A DNA stretch of 64,000 bases from Zancudomyces culisetae HAW-14-8 (Eukaryota > Fungi > Kickxellomycota). This document shows positions 48,555 through 61,658 of the stretch, one piece after another; the stretch's first letter is position 1, and the number at the start of each line of letters is the position of its first letter. Under the pieces are notes generated by a model, which had not been told where the DNA came from, did not search any database, and saw nothing but the letters and a program-made list of their open reading frames with translations. The position numbers and the translations under genes are program-made. Location of the stretch: assembly GCA_052426225.1 (NCBI GenBank), contig JBNJNM010000011.1, forward strand, positions 744,001 to 808,000. Reading direction: 5' to 3'.

Positions 48555-49062
48555 TTTTCTTTCTTTATTCTCTCTTTTGGGTTTATTCAATTTTGCTTTA
48601 TTTTAGTTTTAGTCCCCAAGTGTTCAGTATGTTGCTCAATTTATATGATGATATTAATTTAGTTCTCGATTTTTAAAGCCGCTTTTTAATAAACCAAATC
48701 CATACTAAGCCAATAAAAGCTAGATAAAAAGCTGAGCCGGATCAAATTAAGTATCGGAAAGCAGAATAGAACATATAATAATCAGTGCATGAAATAATCC
48801 CCTTGTCAAGACATAATGATGTGCCGTGTCTACACAGCACATATTGTAAAAAAGCCAAATGTAATCGTGCAACCTGTATAGCTTTATCTTTAAGGTTTCT
48901 CCTTTATTTATGAAGGGATAGGAGCTAAAAGATAAAAAAAGCTACAAGTAATTGTACAAAATTGCAATATATTATCTGAAAAAAGCACAAGAAAACCTTT
49001 TTTCGAATGCTTTGACTGGGTGGCATATAATATAGCAATCAAATGGAAGATATTCCGCCAAT

Positions 49063-49880
49063 TTATCCTTCTTTGCCGAATATCTTTTCGCGTGCCTCAT
49101 GATATTTCTTTAGTTTTTCTTTGAGTGCGAGCTCCTCATTCTGCCGAAGAGCGTCTGCAGTAGTGCTACTATCATCTTGTGAGGGTATACCTGTCACGTT
49201 TTGTGTAATTTTATCTACTCCGTCCTTTGGTAGTATCTTGTACTTTTGTTCTTTTATTTCTTTTTTGCTCCTGGTCAATACTTTTATCTACAATAGTAAC
49301 AGGGTTTTCAAGATGATCACTACAATAAATTACAGCAATGGTGGAACAAAGAAGCTAAAAAAAATGAAAGCGTTATAAAAAGGTAAGAGTGTATGCTATT
49401 TTGATTACCTCTGGCTTGTATTGGGTTCTATCATTGTAAAAACTAATTTCAGCGGGCTGGTAATCGTTTCTGTGTGTACCATTTGATAATGTTGAAATAA
49501 AGTGTGTTATTAAAATAATAGGTGAAAATATTAAACACATTTTAACTTGATTTTTGTTGGATGTGGTTAGTATAGATAGTGTATCGTCCGAGTAAAAGAT
49601 AGTATAATAATTTTATTTACGCTTGTTTCCATATTTCAAATTTCGTTTCTTTTTTCGTCGGTACGGGAATCGTAGGCTCGAGCTATTTTATTTACATGTA
49701 TTGTAGTTTTACGTAGCATCATTTCCTCAAAACAGAAATAAAACAAAGGAAGTTAAGAGATATATAGGTAGTAGAGTGCTTGACGAGGCTTTAAATATTA
49801 ACCACGTAGTGTTTTAAGTACTTCAAAGAGCTTACATTGGCATCAAAAGCACTTTCCCAGTCGTCAAAGGGATCGGACAT
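49063..49880 (-). CDS. SUZ-domain protein (SZRD1-like), 4 exons
   Basis: MSDPFDDWESAFD | ...IWKQA | ...RTQYKPE | IKVLTR...LKEKLKKYHEAREKIFG. Confidence 0.75.
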
Positions 49881-51561
49881 CTCGTTTTTCGAATAAATGT
49901 CTTGTTCTATTTTATTTTGAATCTGATGGTGTATTTAAAGAAATGTAATATAATTTAAATACAACTTCAGTTCAATAAAACGAATTAAAATGTGTATTAC
50001 TATAGCAAAACATGTTAACATTGCTTGGTAACATAGAGAGCCAAATGGTAAAGAAACATGGTGATTAGGCTTGTAGCTAGCGAATGGAGAAACGCCCTTT
50101 TCATATAATTGGCGTTGATTTTTGCAATTCTTTTGTTTCAAAAACCATAAAGCAATGTTGTTCGCTTTTTAGGCTTCATTGTGTTTAGATGCTACAAATT
50201 GTAGCCCATTTTACCTTGTAACACCACCTTTCTACCAAACTCTTTTTAAGCTGTCTAGATCCATTTACACTTGGGCTATGCACGGAAGTTTGATGTATTA
50301 AAAGCTATACAAAAACCAAAAAAAAGATATTTTTGCTTTTTTTTTTGTTTAATAAGCTCAGGTTAATACATAACATATCTGTGTATAAAAAGGCAGCTAA
50401 CTCCAAGAGTACTACTAATTGTGGTAGATGAATTGAAAACACAAAGGGGAAACTCTAACCTTTGGATTAAGAGAATGTATAACATACCATTAGTGTAGTA
50501 AGTTTTCAATTGTGAAAATCGTTTTAGTGACTTGGTTAATGTTAAACACTCTGAGAAGGACTTAGGAACATATATTATGTGCATATACTTTGCTTAAACA
50601 CGAGCCTTTTAAACAACAAATTAAAGCAAACTAAACTGTAGCGAGGTAGTTTAGTGGATAGCGTATGAAGCTGAAATTTGATCTTCTATACTATGCTTGT
50701 GTTGAGGCAATTTCAGGATTGTAATTTTTTTTTTTGTGGAGAATGGCTACGGAAAGTACGAAAAAGGTGCGATGTAAATTGATGAAACATAGCTTATGCT
50801 ATTTTTTGGGGGGGGGGGGGGGGGAACGAAGGAGGGAAGAAGGGGGAGGGGGGAGGGGTAGTAAAAAGCTGAAGGGGATAGCGATTTATTTTCGTCACCT
50901 TTTTTTAATCCAGTGCAAATGGCCTCTCCAAAGTCTATCTAATTATTTGATGTGCGAGTCAAATAGAGATATTAAATAGAAGCTTGAATCCGAGTCTGGC
51001 CATACTTGGTTTTGGAGTAAATTAATTACTGGCATTAAGATATTCAAGATGCCCTTTATTTACTTTTCATTATTTTACGTTTTTTTTCCCAATAATCAAT
51101 TAGATTTGGTAAACTTAATTTTAAAGAAAAAAAATACTAAAGAGAACAAAAACAATGGCATTTTAGTAAAGCTAGATAATAAACAAGCATTGATATAGGA
51201 TTATAATACATATTACTACGTATACTCGTATATAGGTACTTTCAAATTAGAATCAAAGCAATTCAAGGTAAATATGAAATGATAAAGAAGGTGATCATGC
51301 TGTTATGAATCCCACTGCTTTAGAAAACACAAAACCGGCATTAAATCTGAATCATTTCGATACACTCAAAAATACTTTTTTGAGGTTTGAAGATTTAAAG
51401 TCAAAAAACCAAGAATTTTATAGAAGCAACCAAAATTAAACAATTTCGTTTGAATAAATATTTGTAGAGGGGCAGAGGAGGTACATTAAAAAGACACGAA
51501 AATAAAAAGCATTTAGAAAAATCAAGGACTGACGATAAAGCCGAGACAACAACATTCCAAA

Positions 51562-54500
51562 ATGTCTGGGGGTAATAACATCAAAGTTATCGCCAGGTTT
51601 CGGCCACAAAACTCCATGGAGAGTACAGGGGGTGGGAAACCAGTGGTAGAAGTAATAGAAGATCATTCTGCAGTGATAAGGGTAAAGTGATACAAATATG
51701 AAATCCGAAATTTAAACTACATTTTGCCTTTTTTTATTGACAAATGTACTAAATGCACCATTTACAACAACAATAGAATACCAATGACGAAGCTTTGACA
51801 TTTACCTTTGATCGGACATTCGGAATGGAAACACAACAAGAGGAACTATATAGCTATTCGATTAAACAAACAGTAGAGGATGTATTTAATGGATACAATG
51901 GCACAGTTTTTGCATACGGGCAGACAGGATCAGGAAAAACATACACAATGATGGTAAGTCATTAAACAGATATTAAAGAAAAAGGAAAGCCAACAAGAAT
52001 AAAACGAACAACGAACAACGAACAACTAGTACTTTATATTTGTGAATGTATTGATTTAGCGCGAAAATAATATGTAAATGTGGTTGATAATGTATAAATA
52101 GGGAGATATAGATGATCCAAACACAAAAGGAATTATACCCAGAATAGTAGAGGGAATATTTAACAATATTCTAGAGTCCCCGCAGACGGTAGAATACATA
52201 GTAAAGGTATCATACATGGAGATTTATATGGAGAGGATCAAAGACTTGATTAACCGTAAGTGATAAAGCTGCTTTTACAGATTTTCCAGTCAAGATGGAT
52301 TCGATAAAAGTAAATAAGATGTGAAAATTATTGGTGCGAAATTGAAATGTAAAATAGCCACACAGGATAATTTGCCAGTACATGAGGATAAAACACATGG
52401 TGTATATGTGAAGGGGTTGGTAGAGGTTTTTGTAAGCAGTGTTGAAGAAGTATATGATACAATGAGACAAGGAGCAATAGCTAGAGCCGTTGCACAGACA
52501 AGTAAGTTGGATTTCTTATGTTTTCAATAAGTTTACTATATGGATAGTGGTACTTTCAACATAATAAAATTATGATTATATACAAACGATTCTGTATTAC
52601 ATTACTAAAAACTATCGGGGTGGACGTAATAGATATGAATGCGGAAAGTAGTAGAAGTCATTCGATCTTTCAAATCACCATACAACAAAAGAATACAATG
52701 GATGGAAAGACCAAAATAGGCAAATTGAGTTTGGTAGATTTAGCGGGATCTGAAAAGGTAGGAAAAACAGGTGCATCGGGCCAGACACTAGAGGAGGCCA
52801 AGAAGATAAACAAATCTCTATCTGCTCTTGGAATGGTGATAAATGCGCTAACAGACGGGAAATCAACACATATCCCATATAGAGACAGCAAATTGACACG
52901 AATTTTACAAGAGTCGCTGGGTGGGAATAGCAGAACAACGCTGATTATCAATTGTTCTCCATCGTCGTATAATGCGGCAGAGACGGTGAGTACATTGAGA
53001 TTTGGCACGCGTGCCAAGAATATTAGGAACAAAGCAACAATTAACCAGGCATTGAGCCCTGAGGAGCTTAAAGAGATGATCAAGAAGTTGAATAGCAAGA
53101 TTATTTCGTATAGCACGTACATTCAGAGTTTGGAGGGCGAGCTAAAAGTGTGGAGAGGAGGAGGGGTTGTTAAGATAGAGGAGCAGGCAAAGTGGAACAA
53201 GATAAGCAAGGGAGAAGTAGGTCGTGGTAAAGATGTGCTAGGAGGGGTTGGTGAACAGCAGGCAAAGAAGAGCGGAAGAACAAGCAGGGCAGATGCACCA
53301 CGCGAACCTCCACTATCCAATAGATTGCCAGAGACAAACACAGGATCATTAGGAAGGGCTTCTGGTGCCCGCATTTCAAGTCCTACAGGCGTAGAAAAAG
53401 GGACACTCTTTTCACCACTGACACCGACATTTGGAGAGATGGTACTTGGCGAACTGAGATCAAGCACACCGACTGTATTTGGAGATGAAGAGAGAGAAGA
53501 TTTTCTAAAGAGAGAAAACGAGCTCGCAGACCAGTTAAGCGAGAGGGAAAATAGACTGAAAGAGAAGGAGGTGGAGGTGGATGAGCTAGCAGGTGAAGTC
53601 ACAGCACTGAAAGATGAGTTGAGCAAAGGTCGTAAGCGTGATGAGGAGCTAACGGCCGAGCTCGCACAGTTAAAGATAGAAAAGGGGCGGATGGAATTTG
53701 AGCAAAAAGAGACTAAAATGACAATCGACAGCCTAAAAGAGGCACAGGGTGAAGCGGAGCAAACATGCCAACAACTGAAAGAGGAAATCGAAAAGCTACA
53801 GACCCAAGTTATGGAACTAGAGAACGAAAAATCCGAACTGAGTCTAGTCAAGCTCAAAGGTTTTAGAGGACATGAGAATAAAAGCAAAGATAAAAATGAT
53901 GATGGGAATGTAGTTATGGATGGGGATAGGAGTAATGACACTAGCGTGGAGGGGGGCAATGCTATTAGAGAGAGGGAAATGCTTTTGCGGCAACTAGACG
54001 AGTTGAAAGTGTTGGCAGCACAGAAGGATACAACCATTTCCGAGCTGAAATGCAGAGAGGCCGAGTTGTGGACTAAATACAGCGAAAACGAGTCACAATT
54101 GTCTAAAGTTATGGCCGAGTATGAAGAGTTTCTTGAAAAAAGCATCACGCTCGAAGAAGAAGATGAAAGAGTCAAAGTTGACAAAGTCGTCCATCAAAAA
54201 CTGGAGTCGCAGCTACTGGCTCGAATTGAACAACAAACAAAAGAGATCAAAATGCTGTGTGCTGATAAAGTCAGCAGCGAGAAAGAGATTCAGAAACTCA
54301 ATCAAAGCCTGGTCGACTCGACTCGTACAAATAGCGAACTTCACAACAAAGTTGACCTACTAACAAAGCTTTTAGACGACGTGAAACTAGCGAACCCCTT
54401 GCTGCCTACTGACAATAACAACATGTATACTGATTCAGCTTCCTCTCCAACACCCACAAAGCGCCCCAGCAAGGATCTTTCTGTCGCAAACATGGTTACC

Positions 54501-55409
54501 CCAGATGGTGACATTCAGCTAGCCGAGCTTTCTCCATCTATGCATGACCAATATTCACAACGTGCCTTACAAGCCAAGCAGGCTGAATTTGACTCTATCA
54601 AACAGTCACTTATGCGAGATGTACAGAACAGATGTGAGAAGATCATTGAACTAGAGATGGCACTGGATGAAAGCAAGCAGCAAAACACCCAGCTACTCAA
54701 GAGAATAAACAACCCAACCCAGTCGCAGCGGATGGTTGTTTTGGAGAAAAACATCACTCAGCTCACTATGATGCAACGTGAGCTAGTTTCGCAAAACACC
54801 GAGTTAAAGAAGTTAGCTTCACTCAACGAGCGCAAATTATCTGCCAGAGGCGAACGAATTGACTATTTAGAAAATCTTTTGGAGCAAACCCTTAACGATG
54901 TAGAGTTTTACAAGCGAAAATACGAAGAGATACACTCAATAAATAGCAGAAATATGGACAAATCGAGATTGCCTGCAAATGCCTATGCACAATACAACCA
55001 TACCAACGCTACTTCTGCGGGCTCTTCTAATTCCCCTCTCTTCAATACAAACCAACTGCTTTATCTCTCTAGACTTCCGTTCGGAAGAGTTGCCAAGCCC
55101 ATTCGAGGTGGTGGCTCCAATATTTCTACCATTCAGCACGATAAGGCCTCTGCTGACTACCCAATGCACATGCAGCAGCAGAATCAGAGTCAGAGTCAGA
55201 GTCAGAATCAGAGTCAGAATCAGAATCAGAATCATCAAAACCCAAACAATACCAACTATCCTGATCCACCTTTGAAGGCCACCTCTCCTCCCTCTAAAAA
55301 TAACAGTTTCCACTCTGCAAACAGTACCTTTACAAACAACAGCAATAGCAGCACTTCGAGTATTAGCGGCACTCAGCAACAAAGAGCCTCTTGGCTGCGC
55401 TGGTCTTAG
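51562..55409 (+). CDS. Kinesin-1 (conventional kinesin heavy chain), 5 exons
   Basis: [51 protein letters not shown]; coiled-coil stalk; [11 protein letters not shown]; autoinhibitory tail [10 protein letters not shown]. Confidence 0.95.
55178..55235 (+). repeat. Coding (CAGAGT/CAGAAT)n hexamer repeat giving a QS/QN tract in the kinesin tail
   Basis: cagaatcagagtcagagtcagagtcagaat... seen directly. Confidence 0.9.
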
Positions 55410-56115
55410 CTTCATTTACTGAATCTTTTTTTTTTCCTTTAAAAATTATGTTTTTCTAAACCTGGCTTATGGTTATATGGTACATGTAAAGAATACATCG
55501 TTTAAATTTGACATTTATAATTAACCTAAAGACCAACACTAGTAAAATTAGTTTTCAACTTGACAATTTCTTTCTCTTTGATTTGAGAAGGCACATGTAT
55601 TCCTATTATTGTTATTTTTTTTTATCCAGCTCAATACTTTTGTGATATGTATATATTTCTTAATTTCCCTGTTTATTTATTTATTTCAAGTGAGCGTATT
55701 TGCATTGTGAGTATTGATCAAAACAAAAGCAAAACAAAATCACGCCCGCTTCCATTCGCCCAGCTTAAATCTGGATAATTGGTTTTCCAATTTGAAACCT
55801 AAAAAGTAGAAAATAGAAAATAGAAAAACTGTCGCATTAAAGCCCCGTTGCCTCATCCACTATACAATCTAAAAAGTAAATAAATCACAGCCAAATCAGA
55901 GCTTGAGCATAAAATATTTTGCCTCAAACTCTCTCCCCTCCCCCCTCCCTAATTTTTTTTTTGTAAACTTGCATCATATTTTACCTGCTAAATAATTTAC
56001 CTTTCAAGTTAACAACTCTTGTGTTACTTTCATGTAAAATACCTAAAAGGTTTACTATTTTTTTAATACCAATTCTGATTGTCAAGGCTCATCAGCTGTA
56101 GAAATAATTCAAATC

Positions 56116-56975
56116 ATGTCGGAAAAACAGACAGTCCTGGGCTTATTTAGCAAGCGCGATTCAAATTGGGAAATTGTAAGCTACTCACTTGCCTCATTCA
56201 TCTACTTGACATAGGTTTTGCCCTCTTATCCGACGCTTATATATGCACTTTATTAATGAACAAACGCTGTTTTATGTGAAAACTTAGACCGATTTGAAGA
56301 AACTTTCATTTTGGATCCTGATATCTATCAGCACTTCCTTTGGCGCACTAGCTGGCATTCTAGGCCTTCGAGGAATAACACCAATCCTGATGTAAGTATT
56401 TCCCCCACCCCCACACCCACTCTCTTCACATTTTCATTTTCTCTCCTCTTCACCTTCATATTTTTTTTTGTTTCTTAAACACTTTTCTGAATACCATAAA
56501 AGCATTCAAATCAACAATATTATAAAATGAAACCGGTAAAATAACATCAGTTGTTTTTCAAGAGCACTTAAAACAGAGATTATTATCATGTATTTTTAGA
56601 AATATCTGTGTTTGTTATGTTGGTGTTGCGTTGTATTACAACAAGGTCATCAATATTAACGTTGAACGGTATGGTGGGCTGTCAGAAATAGTATCCGAGT
56701 CTATTATGCCAACATTCGCCATATTTCTGGTAAGTTGTATATGTACAAACAATTTTCGTATTATCGCTGGATATAAACCTTGAAGAAAAGATGTTTTTAT
56801 TTATTTTTTTTACTTAGTAATGGCTGGGATACTCTTTTTAGCCTCGACCCACTTTTGTATTTTACCAAACTAAATTAATTAATTTAATAACTTTGTGTGT
56901 GTTTTTTTCTTTCTCACTTTTATCTATTATTCCTAGGTTTCTTGGATCATTTTTTACAACTTCGTACATGTTTAA
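56116..56975 (+). CDS. Rab5-interacting protein family (RAB5IF/OPTI, EMC6-like) small membrane protein, 4 exons; absent from the supplied ORF track
   Basis: Exons: MSEKQTVLGLFSKRDSNWEI | TDLKKLSFWILISISTSFGALAGILGLRG | ...INVERYGGLSEIVSESIMPTFAIFL | VSWIIFYNFVHV*. Confidence 0.8.
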
Positions 56976-57686
56976 TACCTCTATTATTTCTTGACCAGAG
57001 ATCCTATTATCATACTATATTATACTATACTTTTGCAGTTGAAGTTAGTTGTTTATTAGCGTATTTACCATTATCTTCATACTGTTGTTTTTTTAGTTAG
57101 TGAATACTACTAATGCAGTTCGTACATGTCAGAAATTCGCGAATACAAAGTATCTCAATTATAATTAATATCTCCTTGCGTCTGAAAAAAAAAACAAATT
57201 ACTACGGATCAATATAACTATTCAGACTCAGGTTATTTTTAGGCGTTTTTTTTCTTTTGACTTGTTGGCACAATCTGTTAATACATATAGTATTTTATGA
57301 GCATTTGCCATTTCTACCACATTATATGTTGATCTTGAACACCAAACTGTGATCAACAGAAATGTTAGTCATGAATCAAGCACGTGATTTGATGTTTTTG
57401 TTCGCTCCTTTGAGAAAAAAAAAATTTTTTTTTTTTTGTGGGTATGTAGTCAAAATTTTTTCAGGAAAAGGAGGCAAATCAGCTAATGATTTCATAATCC
57501 AAAAATCAAGAAAAAAATTTTAAAAACCAAAAGTCGTAAAACTAATGTATATACATATGTAAAAGTATATGTACCTTGGAAAAAATTGTATTGAATCATC
57601 AAGGCAAAAGCAAGAGAGCCAAAACCATAATATATATCGAAGTTCCGGTGATACAGCGACTAACAATACCGGTCTAAATTATCATA

Positions 57687-59561
57687 ATGATTTCCTTTGA
57701 AAATAAAAAACGGATTCAAGATTCCTCTACCACCGGAAATAAGAATACTAAACAAGACAACGGTGTTGCCAGGAAAAATGAGAAAAAGAGATCTCTGCGA
57801 AATCCCAGGACCAAAAAGCCAAACAACAAAAAACTTAAAAGCGAACAAGAATCAGAATTAGAAAAGCTTGTGTTCGGGATCACCAGCTCAAGTTCACGAA
57901 ACAACGGTTCTAATCTACATGAAGACCAACAAGAACAAAACTCGGAAAGTGAAAGAGAGTGGGAGGGACAAGAATCATCTGAAGACGATGTGGAGGAGGG
58001 ACAAGAGAAAAATGAGCAAATTGATGATTTAGGGTTTATAATTGATACTGTTGGAGCGGCCGAAATGCCTACTACTCTCACACAAGGACAGAATGATGAA
58101 AAGATTACTGAAAAGAATGTTAGCAGCAAGCAGAAAGGAAAAAAAGAAAATAAGAAAGCTTTGAGTGAAGGTGGAGTAAGCGATCCCAGCTTATCCAGTG
58201 TCAAAGTCAGTCTTGTCGATAAAAATATTACCAAGAAGCTACGAGTTAGTTTAGAAGAGCAAGAGATTGGCGGAGAGGAGTATGAAAAAAGACTTCGTAA
58301 ACAGTATACAAAGATCAACCCAACACCAAAATGGGCGCTAGAAGCACAAGATGAACATGATCAAGAGGGCGAACACGATGATGATGAAGGTTTGATATTC
58401 CAAAGTACCAGATCCATAATAGACAAAAGGGCCCAAGCAAAAATCGGGGCTGGACAAACCACAATAGATATATCGCGGGTCAAAAACGCTAACTACCAGT
58501 CGACATCCCAGGCAACTATTCAGCAACTTGATTTTCATCCAACCAACAACGTATTGGCAGTTGGAGGAATGGACAAAACTTTAAGGCTATTTGAAGTAGA
58601 TGGGGAGCAAAACAAAAAATTAAATTCAGTATACTTTAAAGATCTGCCAATTCTCAATTGTCTATTCAACACTAGCGATGATGGTAAAAACAGCCGTTCT
58701 GAAATTGTATTGGGAGGGAGAAGGCCATACTTTTACACATTTGATTTGAAGAGTGAGAAGACATGTAGGTTCAACAATAGTAACTTGATGATCAAGTCTA
58801 ACAGTTCGTTTGGTTCCCATAATGGAGGAGATGGAAATGTCATCAAAACATTTGAAAACTTTAAGCTTATTCCTGAAAACAACGAGATGGCGGTTATTTC
58901 AAGCTATGGACAGATCCACCTTATTGATATGTTTACCAAAAAGTGGAAATCAACTATTCGAATGAACGGAAACGTCAAGGATGTCGCTATATCAGGCAAC
59001 TACCTGTATGGTCTATCCAGCGTTGATTCACAGCTTTATCAGTTTGACATGCGATATTCAAAGGATGGGGGCGATGGCGGTGATCTTGGAGCCATGTCCT
59101 TTTTCCCTCCTACTACAACATGTGTAAATAAATATAAACTAAAAGACACCTTTAAACCCACTTGTATTTCGGTAAAATCCAACAACATTCTTTCCGTTGG
59201 TGACTATTCTGGCTTTGTCAATATTTACAACCTCAACGATAGTAACAGCACAAACACCTTTGCTAAGGAGCTGAATCTATTAAAATCGATCAATAGTTTG
59301 ACTACCCCTATTACAAACACTGCATTTACGAATAACAACAGCGATGATTTATTGCTGATTTATTCCCGGGTCAAAAAGGATCAGTTAAAACTCGTAAATG
59401 CCAACAACAACTATACTGTCTTTTCCAACTGGCCCACAATGAAAACCCCTCTCGGTTATGTCCAAACCGCCAAGTTTTCTCCAAACAACGGATATCTGGC
59501 TGTTGGTAACGACAAAGGCCACGTACTACTATACAGGCTGAATGCGTTTTCTTCTTATTGA
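57687..59561 (+). CDS. UTP18: U3 snoRNA-associated WD40 protein Utp18
   Basis: ELEKLVFG, LRKQYTKINPTPKWA, LDFHP...GGMDKTLRLFEVDG, GRRPYFYTFDL, VFSNWPTMKTPLG, FSPNNGYLAVGNDKG. Confidence 0.92.
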   Translation: MISFENKKRIQDSSTTGNKNTKQDNGVARKNEKKRSLRNPRTKKPNNKKLKSEQESELEKLVFGITSSSSRNNGSNLHEDQQEQNSESEREWEGQESSEDDVEEGQEKNEQIDDLGFIIDTVGAAEMPTTLTQGQNDEKITEKNVSSKQKGKKENKKALSEGGVSDPSLSSVKVSLVDKNITKKLRVSLEEQEIGGEEYEKRLRKQYTKINPTPKWALEAQDEHDQEGEHDDDEGLIFQSTRSIIDKRAQAKIGAGQTTIDISRVKNANYQSTSQATIQQLDFHPTNNVLAVGGMDKTLRLFEVDGEQNKKLNSVYFKDLPILNCLFNTSDDGKNSRSEIVLGGRRPYFYTFDLKSEKTCRFNNSNLMIKSNSSFGSHNGGDGNVIKTFENFKLIPENNEMAVISSYGQIHLIDMFTKKWKSTIRMNGNVKDVAISGNYLYGLSSVDSQLYQFDMRYSKDGGDGGDLGAMSFFPPTTTCVNKYKLKDTFKPTCISVKSNNILSVGDYSGFVNIYNLNDSNSTNTFAKELNLLKSINSLTTPITNTAFTNNNSDDLLLIYSRVKKDQLKLVNANNNYTVFSNWPTMKTPLGYVQTAKFSPNNGYLAVGNDKGHVLLYRLNAFSSY

Positions 59562-59687
59562 AAAAAAAAAACTAGAATCTAGATAGTTGGTGAAATCCCT
59601 TTTATTTGTTCATTTAAACATAAATACTCTCTATATACATTTTTTTTTAAAAAAAAAGAAAAGGATCAAGTTGATCAATTGCTGTTT

Positions 59688-60728
59688 TTAGTTTTTAAGT
59701 CTGGGTATTTTTACATGTTGCTTGCTTGTTTTACGTTTTCTCTTTCTTTCAATAATATCGTCCAACTTCTTGGTTCCGGCTAACTTCTCAAACTCCTTGG
59801 CCCTTTGGATATCCTTGATTTGTGACTTCTTCAAATAATAAGGTCGCTTACCTCTTTCCTCAACCATTTGTTTTTCACGTTTTCGGTGTTCACGAGTTAT
59901 CTGTTGAAGTTCATCTCTCTTGTCTTGATCTTTTTGTTTTTGTTTAAGTTTGGCGATCTTTTGTTCCAGCTCTTGTTGCAGCAGATACTCATGTCTTTTC
60001 ATTTTTTTACCCTTTGCACTTTTTTTACCATCATTATTATTACTGTTCATATTGCTTTCCTTATTTTTTCGCCTTAGCTTGTCAGCCATTTTTTCCATTT
60101 CTTCTAGTTCTTCATTTTGGTATTCTTTCAAAAAACCATACGACTTTTCAAACAGCTCGTTGTTTAATCTACCGCTTGTATTTTCAAATCTTGGATCGTA
60201 CCCTTGATGCTTAGCTGTGGTTTTTCCTTCATTCTCTAACTGCAATCTTAGTAGGTTTCGGCTTCTTATGGGCTTTTTTGAAGACAGCACAATAGGTCCC
60301 TTTTTACTCTCTCTGCGGTATTTATCTTTTTGATCCGCCTGTTTAGTTGCGTTTCTGTGCAATAGTTTTTCTGCTTTTACTTCCTTTTCAATTTCATTAC
60401 CATCTCTGGCCTGCTTCTTGCTTTTACTTTTGTTCTGTTTTACTATGCCTCGGTAATATATCCTATCGAACTCTTTACTGCCCATTTTTTCTCTCATTTC
60501 TAGTTGCTTATCTAGTGGTAAGGTCGAAATCTCTGTCATGATTCGATCCAAACCAGCATTATATGCCGTTTCTGACTCTGACTCTGACTCTGACCCTGAA
60601 CTTTCTTGTTGTTCGGAATCACTATCGCTATCAACCTCGTCCCCAATCCTTTGATTAACATTGCCCTCTTCACTGTCAAATTCCGCATCACTATCCATGA
60701 ATTCCCTCTCTTTGCTATTTCTATTCAT
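59688..60728 (-). CDS. RRP36: rRNA biogenesis protein Rrp36 (DUF947)
   Basis: KKGPIVLSSKKP, YDPRFENTSG, FEKSYGFLKEYQNEE, GKRPYYLKKS, IIERKRKRK. Confidence 0.9.
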   Translation of the reverse strand: MNRNSKEREFMDSDAEFDSEEGNVNQRIGDEVDSDSDSEQQESSGSESESESETAYNAGLDRIMTEISTLPLDKQLEMREKMGSKEFDRIYYRGIVKQNKSKSKKQARDGNEIEKEVKAEKLLHRNATKQADQKDKYRRESKKGPIVLSSKKPIRSRNLLRLQLENEGKTTAKHQGYDPRFENTSGRLNNELFEKSYGFLKEYQNEELEEMEKMADKLRRKNKESNMNSNNNDGKKSAKGKKMKRHEYLLQQELEQKIAKLKQKQKDQDKRDELQQITREHRKREKQMVEERGKRPYYLKKSQIKDIQRAKEFEKLAGTKKLDDIIERKRKRKTSKQHVKIPRLKN

Positions 60729-60907
60729 TCTCTGTTTTAATACTTTAATCTACTTTAGCTTTGATTTTATTATTCTATTATTATTGTTTCCGTTTTGTAC
60801 TTTGCGCTTTGTACGTTGTATTGGAATCACCTATTTCATATCATACTACCATACTTTGAAGACTAGTAAATGTATTTCACTAGTGTCCAAATTTTCATGA
60901 AAAAATC

Positions 60908-60927
60908 TGAAAAAAAAATTTTTTTTT
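60908..60927. promoter_or_regulatory. RRPE-like element (TGAAAAAAAAATTTTTTTTT) upstream of RRP36
   Basis: Resembles the yeast RRPE TGAAAAATTTT; lies about 190 bp upstream of a ribosome-biogenesis gene. Confidence 0.5.
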
Positions 60928-61658
60928 CTTCTAGTGAAATGATCCTGCTCTTGCAAACACAGTAATGAACTAGCCGCCGATTTTTGTATAGTAGTCTGGT
61001 GTACTCCTCCTCCCTTACTTACAAGCAGAATCTATCCATTTATATGGGATATGGTGGTATACCATATCGTTTCACACAAAGGAAAATGGATATGTGATAT
61101 ACGAGATGTAATATCCTCCTATAATAACACATTATCTGTGCTCGACTTTGCATCATTGCACTTTCAGATATATTTATTTCTTTTTTTTTAATAAATAATA
61201 GTATGTCTAAATCATAACAGCTTTAGTAAAAGTATGCTAAAACGGTGGGAGAAGATTAAAAAAAATGTATTGTGGTAAGATGGTGTACAGGTTAATATTG
61301 ATCATACAACCATTGTTAAGTCTGAACAGGTCAATATTGACATTGCCAGCTTTTTTTTTTCTTTTCACTTCCCAATTTTCTCTGGTAAACAGCTTGTGTG
61401 TGTGCATTAAAAATAATAATAACAAAAACAAAAATAAAAATAAAAATAAAAATAAAAATAACAGCAACAGTAACAGCGTATATGTTCAGAACAATCAACT
61501 GATATTCAGGGAAATGTGTATATTTGGAGGAATCAAAAACGAGGGGGAAAAGCTAACCAATAAAACAAATTTTATAATTAAATATATATATAATATGAGG
61601 GAATTGGGGTAGGGGGGAGCTGTATCAGTAAGAATAGATTAACGCTCCAGTTAATAAA

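Noticed and set aside
53123-54184. 353-aa Ser-rich antisense ORF
   Set aside because: Mirror of the Glu/Lys-rich kinesin coiled coil; no independent coding signal.
57716-58318. 200-aa antisense ORF to UTP18
   Set aside because: Shadow of a charged low-complexity sense region.
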